Below, piece after piece: positions 51,056-63,469 of a stretch of 64,000 bases of DNA. The translations under genes and the position numbers were made by a program. The notes beneath the pieces were generated by a model. It saw only the letters and a list, made by a program, of their open reading frames with translations, had not been told where the DNA came from and made no database searches. The stretch comes from Pristiophorus japonicus (Eukaryota), in assembly GCF_044704955.1 (NCBI RefSeq), contig NC_091999.1:23436001-23500000 (forward strand), in the 5' to 3' direction. Numbering within the stretch: the first letter of the stretch is position 1; every line of letters begins with the position of its first letter.

Positions 51056-52313
51056 TCTGTCCCCTCTTCCAGGTCATCTATGCATATTGTAAACAATTGT
51101 GGTCCCAGCACCGATCCCTGTGGCACACCACTAACCACCGGTTTCCAACCCGAAAAGGACCCATTTATCCCGACTCTCTGCTTTCTGTTAGCCAGCCAAT
51201 TCTCAATCCATGCTAATACATTTCCTCTGACTCCGCGTACCTTTATCTTCTGCAGTAACCTTTTGTGTGGCACCTTATCGAATGCCTTTTGGAAATCTAA
51301 ATACACCACATTCATCGGTATTCATCATGCTCATTATATCCTCAAAGAATTCCAGTAAATTAGTTAAACTTGATTTCCCCTTCATGAATCCATGTTGCGT
51401 CTGCTTTATTGCACTATTCCTATCTAGATGTCCCGCTATTTCTTCCTTCATGAGAGCTTCAAGCATTTTCCCCACTACAGATGTTAAACTAACCGGCCTA
51501 TAGTTACTTGCCTTTTGTCTGCCCCCTTTGTTAAACAGAGGCGTTACATTAGCTGCTTTCCAATCCGCTGGACCTCCCCAGAGTCCAGAGAATTTTGGTA
51601 GATTATAACGAATGCATCTGCTATAACTTCTGCCATCTCTTTTAATACCCTGGGATGCATTTCATCAGGACCAGGGGACTTGTCTACCTTGAGTCCCATT
51701 AGCCTATCCAGCACTACCACCGTTGTGATAGTGATTATCTCAAGGTCCTCCCTTCTCACATTCCCGTGACCAGCAATTTCTGCAATGGTTTTTGTGTCTT
51801 CCATTGTGAAGACCGAAGCAAAATAATTGTTTAGGGTCTCAGCCATTTCCACATTTCCCAGTATTAAATCCCCCTTCTCATCTTCTGAGGGACCAACATT
51901 TACTTTAGTCACTCTTTTCCGTTTTATATATCGGTAAAAGCTTTTACTATCTGTTTTTATGTGTTGCGCAAATTTACTTTCGTAATCTATCTTTCCATTC
52001 TTTATTGTTCTCTTAATCATTCTTTGCTGTCGATTAAAATTTTCCCAATCTTCTAGTTTCCCACTAACATTGGCCACCTTATACGCATTGGTTTTTAATT
52101 TGATACTCTCCTTTATTTCCTTGGTTATCCACGGCTGGTTATCCCTTCTCTAACCGCCCTTCTTTTTCACTGGAATATATTTTTGTTGAGCACTATGAAA
52201 TAGCTCCTTAAACGTCCTCCACTGTTCCTCAATTGTGCCACCGTTTAGTCTGCGTTTCCAGTCTACTTTAGACAACTCTGCCATCATCCCACTGTAGTCC
52301 CCTTTGTTTAAGC
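51056..52313 (-). mobile_element. CR1 ORF2 internal fragment
   Basis: ORFs 51544-52077, 51275-51475 and 51022-51315 ([24 protein letters not shown]). Confidence 0.9.
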
Positions 52314-52315
52314 GA

Positions 52316-52432
52316 CTGTAATATAAATAGAGACAGGGTCTCGTGTAATGTAAACAGAGACAGGGTCTAGTGCAATGTAAGTAGGGACAGGGTCTAGTGT
52401 AATCTCAGCAGAGACAGGGTCTAGTGCAGTAA
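52316..52432. repeat. Short 27-bp satellite tract (same unit as 54.7-58.5 kb)
   Basis: TGTAATATAAATAGAGACAGGGTCTAG-like, 4 copies. Confidence 0.8.
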
Positions 52433-52804
52433 TACATTTTAAATCTCTGGCTTGTGGTTACTGTCCGTCCTACCAGTGGTAAAGTTTTCTAACTATTTAC
52501 TTGATTAAAACTCCTCATAATTTTGATCGCCACTATTAAATCTGCCTTAACATTCTCGGATATAAGGAGCACCGTCCCAGTTTCCAGCTGTTCTACTGAT
52601 GCACCTCATGAACATCCAGATGAGGATTCGCTAAGATTTGATCCTATTTTACAACAGTGCCAGAATATCATCCCAGGCAAGATAAGAGCATTATCCCCAG
52701 GAATTAAACCGATTGTGTAAGACTCGTCTCAGGCACTGAACTTTGGACACTCTGAACTAAATGACAACATCTAAAAAATTAAGCTGTGACGTGCTAAAGC
52801 CCCG

Positions 52805-53255
52805 GTACAATGGGATCACTCTCACCTCTGAGTGAGAAGGCTGTGGGTTCTCAACCCCTCTCCACAGACTGAGCACATAATCTCGGCTGGCACTCCCGGT
52901 ACCAGTACCGAAGGAGAAGGGGAGGGGGGGCTATATTGACGGTGGAGCAGTCTTTCGGATGAGACGTTACATCTGCTGAGTCTTCGCTTACAGTTGGATG
53001 TAAGAGATTGAATGGCACAATTTTAAATAGCAGGGGAGTTCACCCCGAAGTCCATTACACATACTTATCCATTAACCAGCATCGCTAAAGAACAGATTCT
53101 GTATTATTATCACATTATGTTTGTGGGAGCTTTCTGTGTGCAATTTGACTCCACGTTTCCTGCATTACAAAAGTGACTACACTTCAAACGTACTTCATTA
53201 TAAAGCACTTTTGGACATTCTGTGGACGTGAAAGTCGTGAAAGTTATTTCTAAAC
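52805..53255 (+). mobile_element. tRNA-derived DeuSINE (SacSINE1-like)
   Basis: Head CTCACCTCTGAGTGAGAAGG..GTGGGTTC; Deu-domain-like GTCTTTCGGATGAGACGTTA..TGGATGTAA; tail GTGACTACACTTCAAA..AAAGCACTTTTGGACA. Confidence 0.7.
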
Positions 53256-54084
53256 GTCAACATTTAAAATACACGTTGCAATGGGTGACTCCTCTGTTCG
53301 CTGTTTTAACTTGTTTATTTTAAGTGGCTGGAATCTTACGCTAAATGGACATCCAGTGAATTACTGATCTGTTCAGCGAGATTCCATTGACATTGGTAGC
53401 AGAATTTTCAGAATTGAATTATTAATTTTAATATGTTCCCTTTGATATAAATCACATCTCTTCTAATTGAACAAACCAAAAACCGATGTCACAGCTGGAG
53501 ATATTTCCATTTCTTTGTACCAACTACCAATATTCATAAAATAAACCCGTGCTGTGAGTTAAAACTAATCAGTAAATGACTTTGTGGATCTGCTTTTGCT
53601 GCCATGAACACTTCATGGAAACCTGTGAGGTGTTTATGTAAATAAACGCAGAAATAGAAGTCCCAGATTAGAATAGTGAACGACAGAATAGAAATAAACA
53701 GAGAAAGAAACGCTAATGTCTCAACGGATTCCAGCAACAATTGATGTTTGGGATATTTATTTTCAGTTATTGGTGAACAAATCAACGATGTTATCCGCGG
53801 CCAGAATAGGGAAAGATTCTAGTCACCGTACATAGTCACAGCTCAAATGTATTCGTGGCAATTCTCTGTATCCCCTCCCTCTCTGCCTCTCTCTACTATC
53901 CCCACCTTTTGCCTTGCCTCTAAAGAATGCGTCATTATTTTTACTTCACAATAAGAAGTCAATGTCAAACAAAAATATTCTCTAAAGTCTATTTCCAGGC
54001 CTCAAACCAAATTGGTGGGTGTGCGGAGAGGCAGCTTTATAATAAAATATATCATGTGAACTCAATGATCTTGGGTGTTTGATG

Positions 54085-54425
54085 TGACTCTGTAGCGGGA
54101 ACTTTACTCTGCATCTAACTACGTGCTGTACCTGCCCTGCGAGTGTTTAATGGGACGGTTTCGAGGGAGCTTTTCTCTGCATAGACCAGTGATGTACCTG
54201 CTCTGGAAGAGTTTGATGGGACGGTGTAGAGGGGGCTTTACTCTATAGCTTACCCGTGCTGTACCTGCCCTGGGAGCGTTTGATGTGACGGTATAGAGGG
54301 AGCTTTATAGTTTTTCGAATCGTGCTGTACCTGAGCTGGGAGTGTTTGATGGGACAGCATCGAGGGAGCTTTTCTTTGCATAGACCCGCGCTGTCCCTGC
54401 CCTGGGAATGTTTGATGGCACAGTG
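54085..54425. repeat. ~66-bp tandem repeat, ~5 copies
   Basis: GGGAGCTTTACTCTGCATCTAAC..GTGCTGTACCTGCCCTGGGAGTGTTTGATGGGAC recurs at ~54098, 54166, 54231, 54298 and 54364. Confidence 0.85.
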
Positions 54426-54654
54426 TGACATCACTATCGCAGAAAATTGTTTTTGTCAGTGCAACTTCCTGTATATTGCATTTCGTGTTTACCTCTTTGA
54501 CATCATCACGTCAGCAACACGTAAACAATGGGTGACGTCATTGTTTACAACAAAGCAGCGTCATGAACGTGATTTGGTCGCCATAGCTTCATCGGTGCGA
54601 CGTCTGACCCTCAGCCAAATGGATTGCTCGATTTGACCTATATAGACACATCTA

Positions 54655-55580
54655 TACGCCAGAGTCTAGTGCAGTAATAACCGAGACACGTCCAAGTATA
54701 ACATAGACAGAGAGAGGATATAGTGTAATATCTACAATGACAGGGACCAGTATAAAATATAAACACACAGCGTCTAGTGTAATATAAACAGAGACAGGGC
54801 CTAGTGTAATATAAACAGAGACAGTGTCTAGTGTAATATAGAAAATAAAGGGGCTAGTGTAATATAAACAGAGACGATATCTAGTGTAATATAAAAAGTG
54901 CAGGGTCTAGTGTAATATAAACAGAGACAGTGTCTAGTGTAATATAAACAGAGACAGTGTCTAGTGTAATGTAAAAAATACAGAGTCTAGTATAATATAA
55001 ACAGAGACAGGGCCTAGTGTAATATAAATAGAGACAGGGTCGAGTGTAATATAAATAGAGACAGGGTCTAGTGTAATATAACCAGAGACAGGACCAATCT
55101 ATTATAAAGAGACAGGGGATAGTATAATATAAATAGTGACAGGGTCCAACATAATATAACAAAGGATAACGTGCTCTAATACTAACTAATACATGAGCTA
55201 TTGTAGTAGAAACATTGACATTTTCTAGTGCAATATAAACTGAGACATATCGAGTGTAATATAAAGAGAGACATGAACTAGTGAAATATTGACAGAAACA
55301 TGGTGTACGGTCATATAAACAGAGACAGCATCTAGTTCAGTAGTAACTGAGAATGGGTCTAAAGTATTATAACGGAGGGTCCAGTACTGTGATAACTGAT
55401 ACAGAGCCTAGCATAATATAAACAGAGACACGGTCTAGTGCAGTGTAACTGAGACAGTATCCACAGTAATAAAATTGATCCCGAGACTTGTGCAGTAATA
55501 ACTGAGACAGGGCCTTGTGCAATCCGAAAAGAGAGATGATCGAGTGTAGTTATAATTAAACAGGGTCCAGAGTAATTTAA
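54655..55580 (-). repeat. 27-bp satellite, left arm (TAGTGTAATATAAACAGAGACAGGGTC)
   Basis: About 30 imperfect copies; reverse complement of the right arm. Confidence 0.9.
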
Positions 55581-55739
55581 ACATATAGAATGCCTGGAAT
55601 AATTTGATGGTAACATTCCAGCCATGCGAATCTTCATGTCTGTCTGACTGTCTATCTGTCTGTCGTTCGGTCGGTCGGTCCATTCGTCTGTCCGTCCGTC
55701 CGTCGATTCGTACTTCTATCCATCTATCTGTACTTCTGT

Positions 55740-58470
55740 CTAATATTACACTAGAGCCTGGCTCTCTTAAGACCCTGTCCCTGTTAATATTACACGAGAC
55801 CCTGTCTCTGTTTATATTACCCGTGTCCCTGTCTCTGTTTATATTGTACTAGACCCTTTCTCTGTTTATATTGCACTAGACTCTGTCCCAGTTTATATTA
55901 CACTAGACACTGTCTCTGTTTATATTAGTCTCGACCCTGTCTCTGTTTATATTATAATGGACCCTGTCGGTGTTTATATTATACTGGACCCTGTCCCAGT
56001 TTATATTACACTAGACACTGTCTCTGTTTATATTGTACTAGACCCTGTCTCTGTTTATATTACACTAGACCCTGCCTCTGTTTACATTACATTAGACCCA
56101 CTCCCAATTCATATTACACTAGAGACTGTCTCTGTTTATATTAGTCTAGACCCTGTCTCTGTTTATATTCGACTAGACCCTGTCTCTGTTTATATTACAC
56201 TGGACCATGTTTCTGTTTATATTAAACTAGACCCTGTCTCTGCTTATATTACACTAGACCCTGTCTCTGTTTATATTGTTCCAGACACTATCCCTGTTTA
56301 TATTACACTAGACTCTGTCTCTGTTTATATTACACTAGACCCTGTCTCTGTTTATATTGTACTAGACACTGTCTCTGTTTATATTACACTAGACCCTGCC
56401 TCTGTTTACATTACACTAGACCCTCTTCCAGTTCATATTATACTGGACCCTGTCTCTGTTTATATTAAACTAGCTCATGTCTCTGTTTATTTTACACTAG
56501 ACCCTATCTCTCTTCATATTACACTAGACCCTGTCTCCGTTTATATTAAACTAGACCCTGTCTCTGTTTATATTACACTAGACACTGTCTGTGTCTCTAT
56601 TCGTCTTAACACTATCCCTGTTTATATTGGACTCGACCCTGTCTCTGTTTATATTAAACTAGACGCTGCCTCTGTTTTTGTTACACTAGACCATGTCTCT
56701 GTTTATATTACACCAGACACTGCCACTGTTTATATTCTTTCTGACACTATCCCTGTTTATATTACACTAGACCCTGTCTCTGTTTGTATTACACTAGACT
56801 CTGTCTCTGTTTATATTACACTAGACCCTGTCTTTGTTTATATTCTTCCAGACACTATCCCTGTTTATATTACACTAGACCCTGTCTCTCTTTATAATAC
56901 ACTAGACCCTGCCTCTGTTTATATTACACTAGACACTGTCTCTGTCTATATTCTTCTTAACACTATCCCTGTTTATATTGGACTCAACCCTGTCTCTGTT
57001 TATATTAAACTAGACCCTGTCTCTGTTTATATTACACTAGACCATGTCTCTGTTTATATTACACCAGACACTGCCTCTGTTTATATTCTTTCTGACACTA
57101 TCCCTGTTTATGTTATACTAGACCCTGTCTCTGTTTGTATTACACTAGACCCTGTCTCTGTTTATATTACACTAGACCATGTCTCTGTTTATATTACACC
57201 AGACACTGCCTCTGTTATATTCTTTCTGACACTATCCCTGTTTATATTACACTAGACCCTGTCTCTGTTTGTATTACACTAGACCCTGTCTCTGTTTATA
57301 TTACACTAGACCCTGTCTCTGTTTTTATTCTTCCAGGCACTATCCCTGTTTATATTACACTTGACCTTGTCTCTGTTTATAATACACTAGACCCTGTCTC
57401 TGTTTATACTACACTAGACCCTGTCTCTGTTTATTTTACTCCAGACCCTGTCTCTATTTATATTACACTGGACCCGGTCTCTTTTCATATCACACAAGAC
57501 CCTGTCTCTGTTTATATTCTTCCAGACACTATCCCTGTTTATATTACACTAGACGCTGTCTCTGTTTATAATACACTAGACCCTGTCTCTGTTTATAATA
57601 TACTAGACACTGTCTCTGCTATACTACATTAGACCCTGTCTCTGTTTATATTACACCAGACACTGCCTCTGTTTATATTCTTTCTGACACTATCCCTGTT
57701 TATATTACACTAGACCCTGTCTCTGTTTATAATACACTAGACCCTGTCTCTATTTATATTACACTGGACCCTGTCTCTGTTAATATCACACAAGACCCTG
57801 TCTCTGTTTATATTCTTCCAGACACTATCCCTGTTTATATTACACTAGACCCTGTCTCTGTTTATAATATACTAGACACTGTCTCTGTTTATACTACATT
57901 AGAATCTGTCTCTGTTTATATTACACCAGACACTGCCTCTGTTTATATTCTTTCTGACACTATCCCTGTTTATACTACACTAGACCCTGTCTCTGTTTAT
58001 TTTACTCTAGACCCTGTCTCTATTTATATTACACTGGACCCTGTCTCTGTTAATATCACACAAGACCCTGTCTCTGTTTATATTCTTCCAGACACTATCC
58101 CTGTTTATATTACACTAGACCCTGTCTCTGTTTATAATATACTAGACACTGTCTCTGTTTATACTACATTAGAATCTGTCTCTGTTTATATTACACTAGA
58201 CCCTCTCTCTGTTTATATTACACTAGACCATGTCTCTGTTTATATTACACCAGACACTATCTTTGTTTATATTCTTTCTGACACTATCCTTGTTTATATT
58301 ACACTAGACCCTATCTTTGTTTGTATTACACTAGATTCTGTCTCTGTTTATATTCCAATAGACACTGTCTCAGTTTATATCACACGAGACCCTGTCTCTT
58401 CTTATAATACGCCAGGCATTGTCACTGTTTATATTATCTTCGACACTGTCTCTTTTTTTATTACACCAGA
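55740..58470 (+). repeat. 27-bp satellite, right arm (CTAGACCCTGTCTCTGTTTATATTACA), ~100 copies
   Basis: Direct inspection; produces the spurious (LDPVSVYIT)n ORFs. Confidence 0.95.
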
Positions 58471-59289
58471 TCATCTTTCCTTTTCAAATATATATTGATT
58501 TCCCTATTTGAAAGTTATAATTAAATTTGCTGCCATCACCCTTTCAGACACTACATTCCAGGTTATTACAACTCGCTGCATAAAAAATCTCCTTATCTCC
58601 CGTCTGGATTTATTTTTTCATTCATCTTAATCTTTATGTTCTGGTTACCGATAGACCTGCCGATAGAATCCCCACCTTACTATCAACTCAATGGAACCCC
58701 TTCACAATTTTGAAAACATCTGTTAATTCTCCCCTAAGCATTCCCTGCTATAATAAGAATAAACCCATCCTCTCTCGTCTCCAGAAAACTGAACTCCTTC
58801 ATGCCTTGCACCAATCTCCTCTGCATCCTCGACAAGAGCCCGACAATCTTCTTAAAATTTGGATTGAAAAAAATTCAATCTTTATTTGCCCTTCAGATTA
58901 TTTCTAAGGATACATGCTCCCTTCAAATTTGACTGACTGAGAAGCATTAATTATATTGTTTTACTTGTTTTGACAAAATGGACGGTGACTGAAATGCTCA
59001 GCAACATCCGTCTCCACATGACTCATGTATCAATATGATCATTGTCGCCACCTGCTGATAAACGACATCTACTGCAAGCTCCAGAGCTTACTTCAAACAT
59101 GATTCATAACACCCACAACAATAACTTGCTTGAACGTTTACCCAGAGGATTTTTTTTAGAACAAACCACAAGAGGTGCAGATGATCAGGAAGTATCAAGG
59201 GCGGAATTAGCAAAATTATTATTGCAAATTCACCTTCAGCTCATCATACAGAGCCGTCAGATTAGATAAACTTCCATAATGAATAAAAA

Positions 59290-60075
59290 CCTCACAGGAA
59301 AAATGGTGCAACCGTGGCTAACAAGGGAAGTTAAAGATAGTATTAGATTAAATTAACAGCCATGGAATGTTGACAAAAAGAGTAGTACGCCCAAAAATTG
59401 GGAAGATTTTGGAATTCTGCAAAAGATGCACATGCAACTGATAATATGGGAGAAAATATAAAATTAAATAAGCTATCAAAATCTACAAACAGATTGTTAG
59501 AGCTTCTACACGTGTATAGAAAGATGACTTAAATTAGCGTACTTTACAATACAAAGGTAGATGGGACAGTAAACAGTGAGGAAGAAGTAAGGAGGCTGCA
59601 AAGGGATATTGAGAGGTTAAGTGAGTGGGCATGAACATGGCAGATTGAGTATAATGTGGAGAAGTGTGAAGTTACGCACTTTGGTAGGACAAATAGAGAC
59701 GCAGAAAATTTTTTGAATGCTGAGAAACTGGGTAATATTGTTATTCAGAAAGACCTGGATGGCCTTGTACACGAATCAAAGAAAGCTAACATGGAGCCAA
59801 AGTGAGCAATTAGGAAAGCAAATGGTAAGCAACATTTTATTGCAAAGGGATTGGAGTATTAGAAAAAAGAAGCCTTCATGCACTTATATAGGGCTCTGCT
59901 GAGACTACACCTGGTGTATCGTGTACAGTTTTGTTCTCCTTATCTAAGGAAGGATGCACTTGCCTTGGAGGGAGTGCATCTCAGGTTCATCAGACTGATC
60001 TGATTCCTGGGACGGCGGCGGGGGCGTGAGGCTGTTCTACCAGGAGAGATTGAGTATCTAATGTCCATATTTCCT
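59290..60075 (+). mobile_element. Old CR1 ORF2 fragments
   Basis: QPWLTREVKDSIRLN; LQRDIERLSEW..YNVEKCEV; LYRALLRLHL..CVQF remnants. Further CR1 pieces on - extend from ~60085 to the N gap at 60697-60873. Confidence 0.75.
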
Positions 60076-62588
60076 CGGAAGTCACAACATAAGAACATAA
60101 GAATTGGGAGCAGGAGTAGGCCATATGATTCAGCGAGCCTGTTCCGTCATTCAACGGGATCATGGCTGCTCTTCTACCTCAACTCCCCTTCCCTGCACTA
60201 TCCACATATCTGAATGGAAACATATGCAGGGCTTCAGGGAAATGGCGGGGGATTGGTCAATTATACAAAGTACGTCAAGTGTGGTCTAACCATGTTTAGC
60301 ATAACTATTGCACGTTTCAATTCTATCCCTCTAGAAATAAACCCGAGTGTAGGTGTTCTTTTTATAGCATTATTAACCTGCGTCGCTACCTTTAGTGATG
60401 TGTGTATTTGCATTCTCAGAGACCTGTGTTCCTCCATCCCACATAGATTCTTATTTTAAACGTGATAAGTGACCTCCTTATTTTTCTCACCAAACTGTAA
60501 TAACTCATACTTGTCTGTGTTGAAATTAATTAGTCAGTTCGTGTATTCTTTTAATTAGTTGCAGTGTTCCACAGTATTTACACGCCGACCCGCCCGCCCC
60601 AAGTGCATTGGTAAAATTTAGATATTGTGTGTTTGACTCCAAAATCTAAATTGTTAATATAAGTTGTGAACAATAGTGGACCCAGCACTGACCTTTNNNN
60701 NNNNNNNNNNNNNNNNNNNNNNNNNNNNNNNNNNNNNNNNNNNNNNNNNNNNNNNNNNNNNNNNNNNNNNNNNNNNNNNNNNNNNNNNNNNNNNNNNNNN
60801 NNNNNNNNNNNNNNNNNNNNNNNNNNNNNNNNNNNNNNNNNNNNNNNNNNNNNNNNNNNNNNNNNNNNNNNNNACTGATACTCCAGCTGACTGCTGCTAA
60901 TGACATGATGTCTGAGACTTTGGATATATTTCCTTTCCTGCAATATGTGAATAGTTACACACATTTACACAACGAAAACATTTTTACTTAACACCAGTTC
61001 TGTTATTGGGTAGATGTGTATATAAATAGGTCTTTTCACAACGTAAATGTTTTGAAGTTGGCTTCCAGTCATGCGGTCAGTAGAGAGAAAACTGACCTTT
61101 GATGGAGTGCACAGAACCCCAGATGCTTCCTGAAAATGACACTGGTGTTCGAGGCTCGCTGACGGCAGTCGGTAGGGTTACTGCCAAATATTGTGCGGGT
61201 CAGATTAGCGTGAACAAGAATGAGAGAAAGATGGTATTTAACTATTTAAATATTACATTATTCAGTCGAACTTTTAAAATAAGAAACATTTTACATAGTA
61301 TAACATCTCAAGAATGATTTTACGTAAATTGCATGCTCACAATATTACAAAGCAGGATCGGAAAATAATGAATTGATCCACACGGTACCTAATGAAAACT
61401 ATTTCCAAATAAAGACCATGGTAAATCTTTCAGTCGATTTATTCAGTACAGCATGAAGTGCTGGAGAGAGGTTTAATGTCCTCACCCCACACTGTAATGA
61501 GATGAGTGGGATTCGCAAAGTAACTAAAACAGGTTGAAGTGCCTTGAATATTCTCACAGAGAAGTGCCAGCTGCACTTCTTTAATATTCTCACAGAATTT
61601 TGCGCCTGGTCTAAACTAATGTCTCCATTATTCGTGATTAGTAGCCGCGCAGTGTGCAGTGTAATTTGAACTGATTTGGATCGCTGAACAAGCCCTCTCA
61701 CAGCCCGGCTACCAGTGGGTGGTGAAAGGCCCAGATTGTGATCTGTTTCTGCTGGAGATGAAGCATTTATTCCTGTGATATTCTGTAACATATCACTATG
61801 TCCTGATAGACCGTGTTCCTGTTACCCGTGTCTGTTACACATTCGGTCGCTATTAAAGTTAGCTGCAAGGATTTGGATGTCGAGGTTTGCTGATCACATT
61901 ATCGATTCTGATTCACCAGCTTCTCTCATAAAACGCTGGTCTGAAGCGGGCGGGCCCCACTTTCTTATGTGTCTTCGTCAACTCACTCCTTAATCATCAG
62001 ACAAGCGGACTTATTTTACAGCTAAATTTTACAGCTAAACGGCTGTCTTAGAGTCACAGACTTAGCGGCAGTTAGTGAAATGCAGTGAGAGACAATTGTA
62101 TAATGTGAGGAGTATGATCTCATCTCCAGAACAAAAGTGTAGCTTCAGCCAAGTACACTGTAAATAGAATCACATTACCCATCTACCGCACTCGGGTACA
62201 TAGAGTGATATCAATTCAGATTATAGGGGATACTTTACTGGTACAGTTGCATGGATAGATAGCGGGAGATGTAAAAGCACAAACTGGCCGTGTGTTTAGA
62301 TCCTGATAATGTAATTCAATCTCAAAGATTTACATCCCCTGTGAAAGAGTGAGGAATAAAGGGATTTAATTTACAGTCCAGATGTGAGTTCATTCTGTTG
62401 GTGATGTGTAAAGAGTGACGTGGATACAGAAACCGCTTCTATCAAGGAATCAATGGGTGGCGCCTTTAACCTCGCCCCCATCTCCCGGGTATTTAGCTGC
62501 CGGCCACTGGGAGCGCAATACAACAGTCTGGGAGTGGGTTTGCTCAGTGAGTTCTTGCCGGAACCAGTCACCACACATTGCCAGGAGG

Positions 62589-62634
62589 ATGAGGTCGGCG
62601 ATTGCTTTCGTTTTGTTGCTGGCTTTACTTTCCC
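62589..62634 (+). pseudogene. IGHV: IgM VH leader exon
   Basis: MRSAIAFVLLLALLS+C, 46 nt (phase 1), donor GTGAGT; typical shark VH leader. Confidence 0.9.
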
Positions 62635-62762
62635 GTGAGTCGTTTTTATTGTCCAATTCTCTCATTGTTACTGTCTCAGTGATAGTCTCTCTATGGAATT
62701 TTACAGAGTCAGGAATCATTTCTCGAGGATTGATCCTCGGGGTATTTTGATTATTTTTACAG

Positions 62763-63082
62763 GTGTCCAGTCGGATGTGGTGTTGACTCAGCCCGAGTCA
62801 AAGACCAGGATTTCCTGAGGCTCCCTGAGACTGACCTGTAAACCAGCGGGTTCGATCTTAGCGGCTATGGCATGAACTGGGTCCGCCAGGTTCCCGGACA
62901 GGGGCTGGATTGGCTGGTTTACTACTACACTCCAGCGAGCAACAATAACGTCCCAGGGATTGAGAGCCGATTTACTGCATCCAAAGACACTTCAAACAAC
63001 ATCTTCACGTTGGACATGAAGAACATGAGGAGCGAAGACACCGCCATCTATTACTGTGCAAGGAAGGACTACGGGAGTGGGT
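62763..63082 (+). pseudogene. IGHV: IgM VH segment with germline-appended D-like sequence (VD), pseudogene
   Basis: Acceptor TTTTTACAG. Reads [25 protein letters not shown](-1 frameshift)[82 protein letters not shown] at 62816-62818; 1-nt deletion at ~62843. Confidence 0.93.
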
Positions 63083-63120
63083 CACGGTGCAACACAGAGC
63101 GAGCTCTCCATACAAAAACC
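63083..63120 (+). promoter_or_regulatory. 22-spacer RSS 3' of VD
   Basis: CACGGTG + 22 nt + perfect nonamer ACAAAAACC. Confidence 0.92.
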
Positions 63121-63441
63121 CCAGACAGGGAGTTTGCTCAAACCTGCGACCATTACCACGCCAGGAGCGTCGAAGGAACTGAGGCTTAAATAAAAATAAT
63201 TAGAAATAAGTTATATATATATATATATATATTTAAATGTATAACAGTTTTCTTCTTTATTACTATTGATTGCCATGTTGAACATGCACAGATGCTTCAG
63301 AAGTATTCCAATCATTTTTGTAAATATAATGAACGGTACAAAATGAAATATCTCGCTGATTCACTCTTACGATAGTCGGAATCGGGTTTTTAGAGCTGGG
63401 TGGAATTTAATCTCTGTATTTTACAGTTAACAGTCCGCCGG

Positions 63442-63469
63442 AGTAATTGACACAACGTGTCTCACTCTG
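63442..63469 (-). promoter_or_regulatory. Degenerate 12-spacer RSS 5' of the (D)J segment
   Basis: On +: AGTAATTGA + 12 nt (CACAACGTGTCT) + CACTCTG. Nonamer matches 5/9 at spacer 12; no nonamer match at spacer 22 or 23. Confidence 0.55.

Noticed and set aside
55957-57632. 432-aa and 165-aa ORFs with (LDPVSVYIT)n repeats
   Set aside because: By-product of a 27-bp (9-codon) satellite with one stop-free frame; no unique coding sequence or splice context.
62872-63189. 105-aa ORF as a functional VH protein
   Set aside because: It starts at an internal Met in CDR1 and reads through the RSS; the true FR1 has a stop and a frameshift.
63121-63441. A free D2 segment between VD and J
   Set aside because: Candidate nonamers (CATTTTTGT ~63313, GGTTTTTAG ~63385) have no heptamer at 12 or 22/23 spacing; no D flanked by two RSSs was found.
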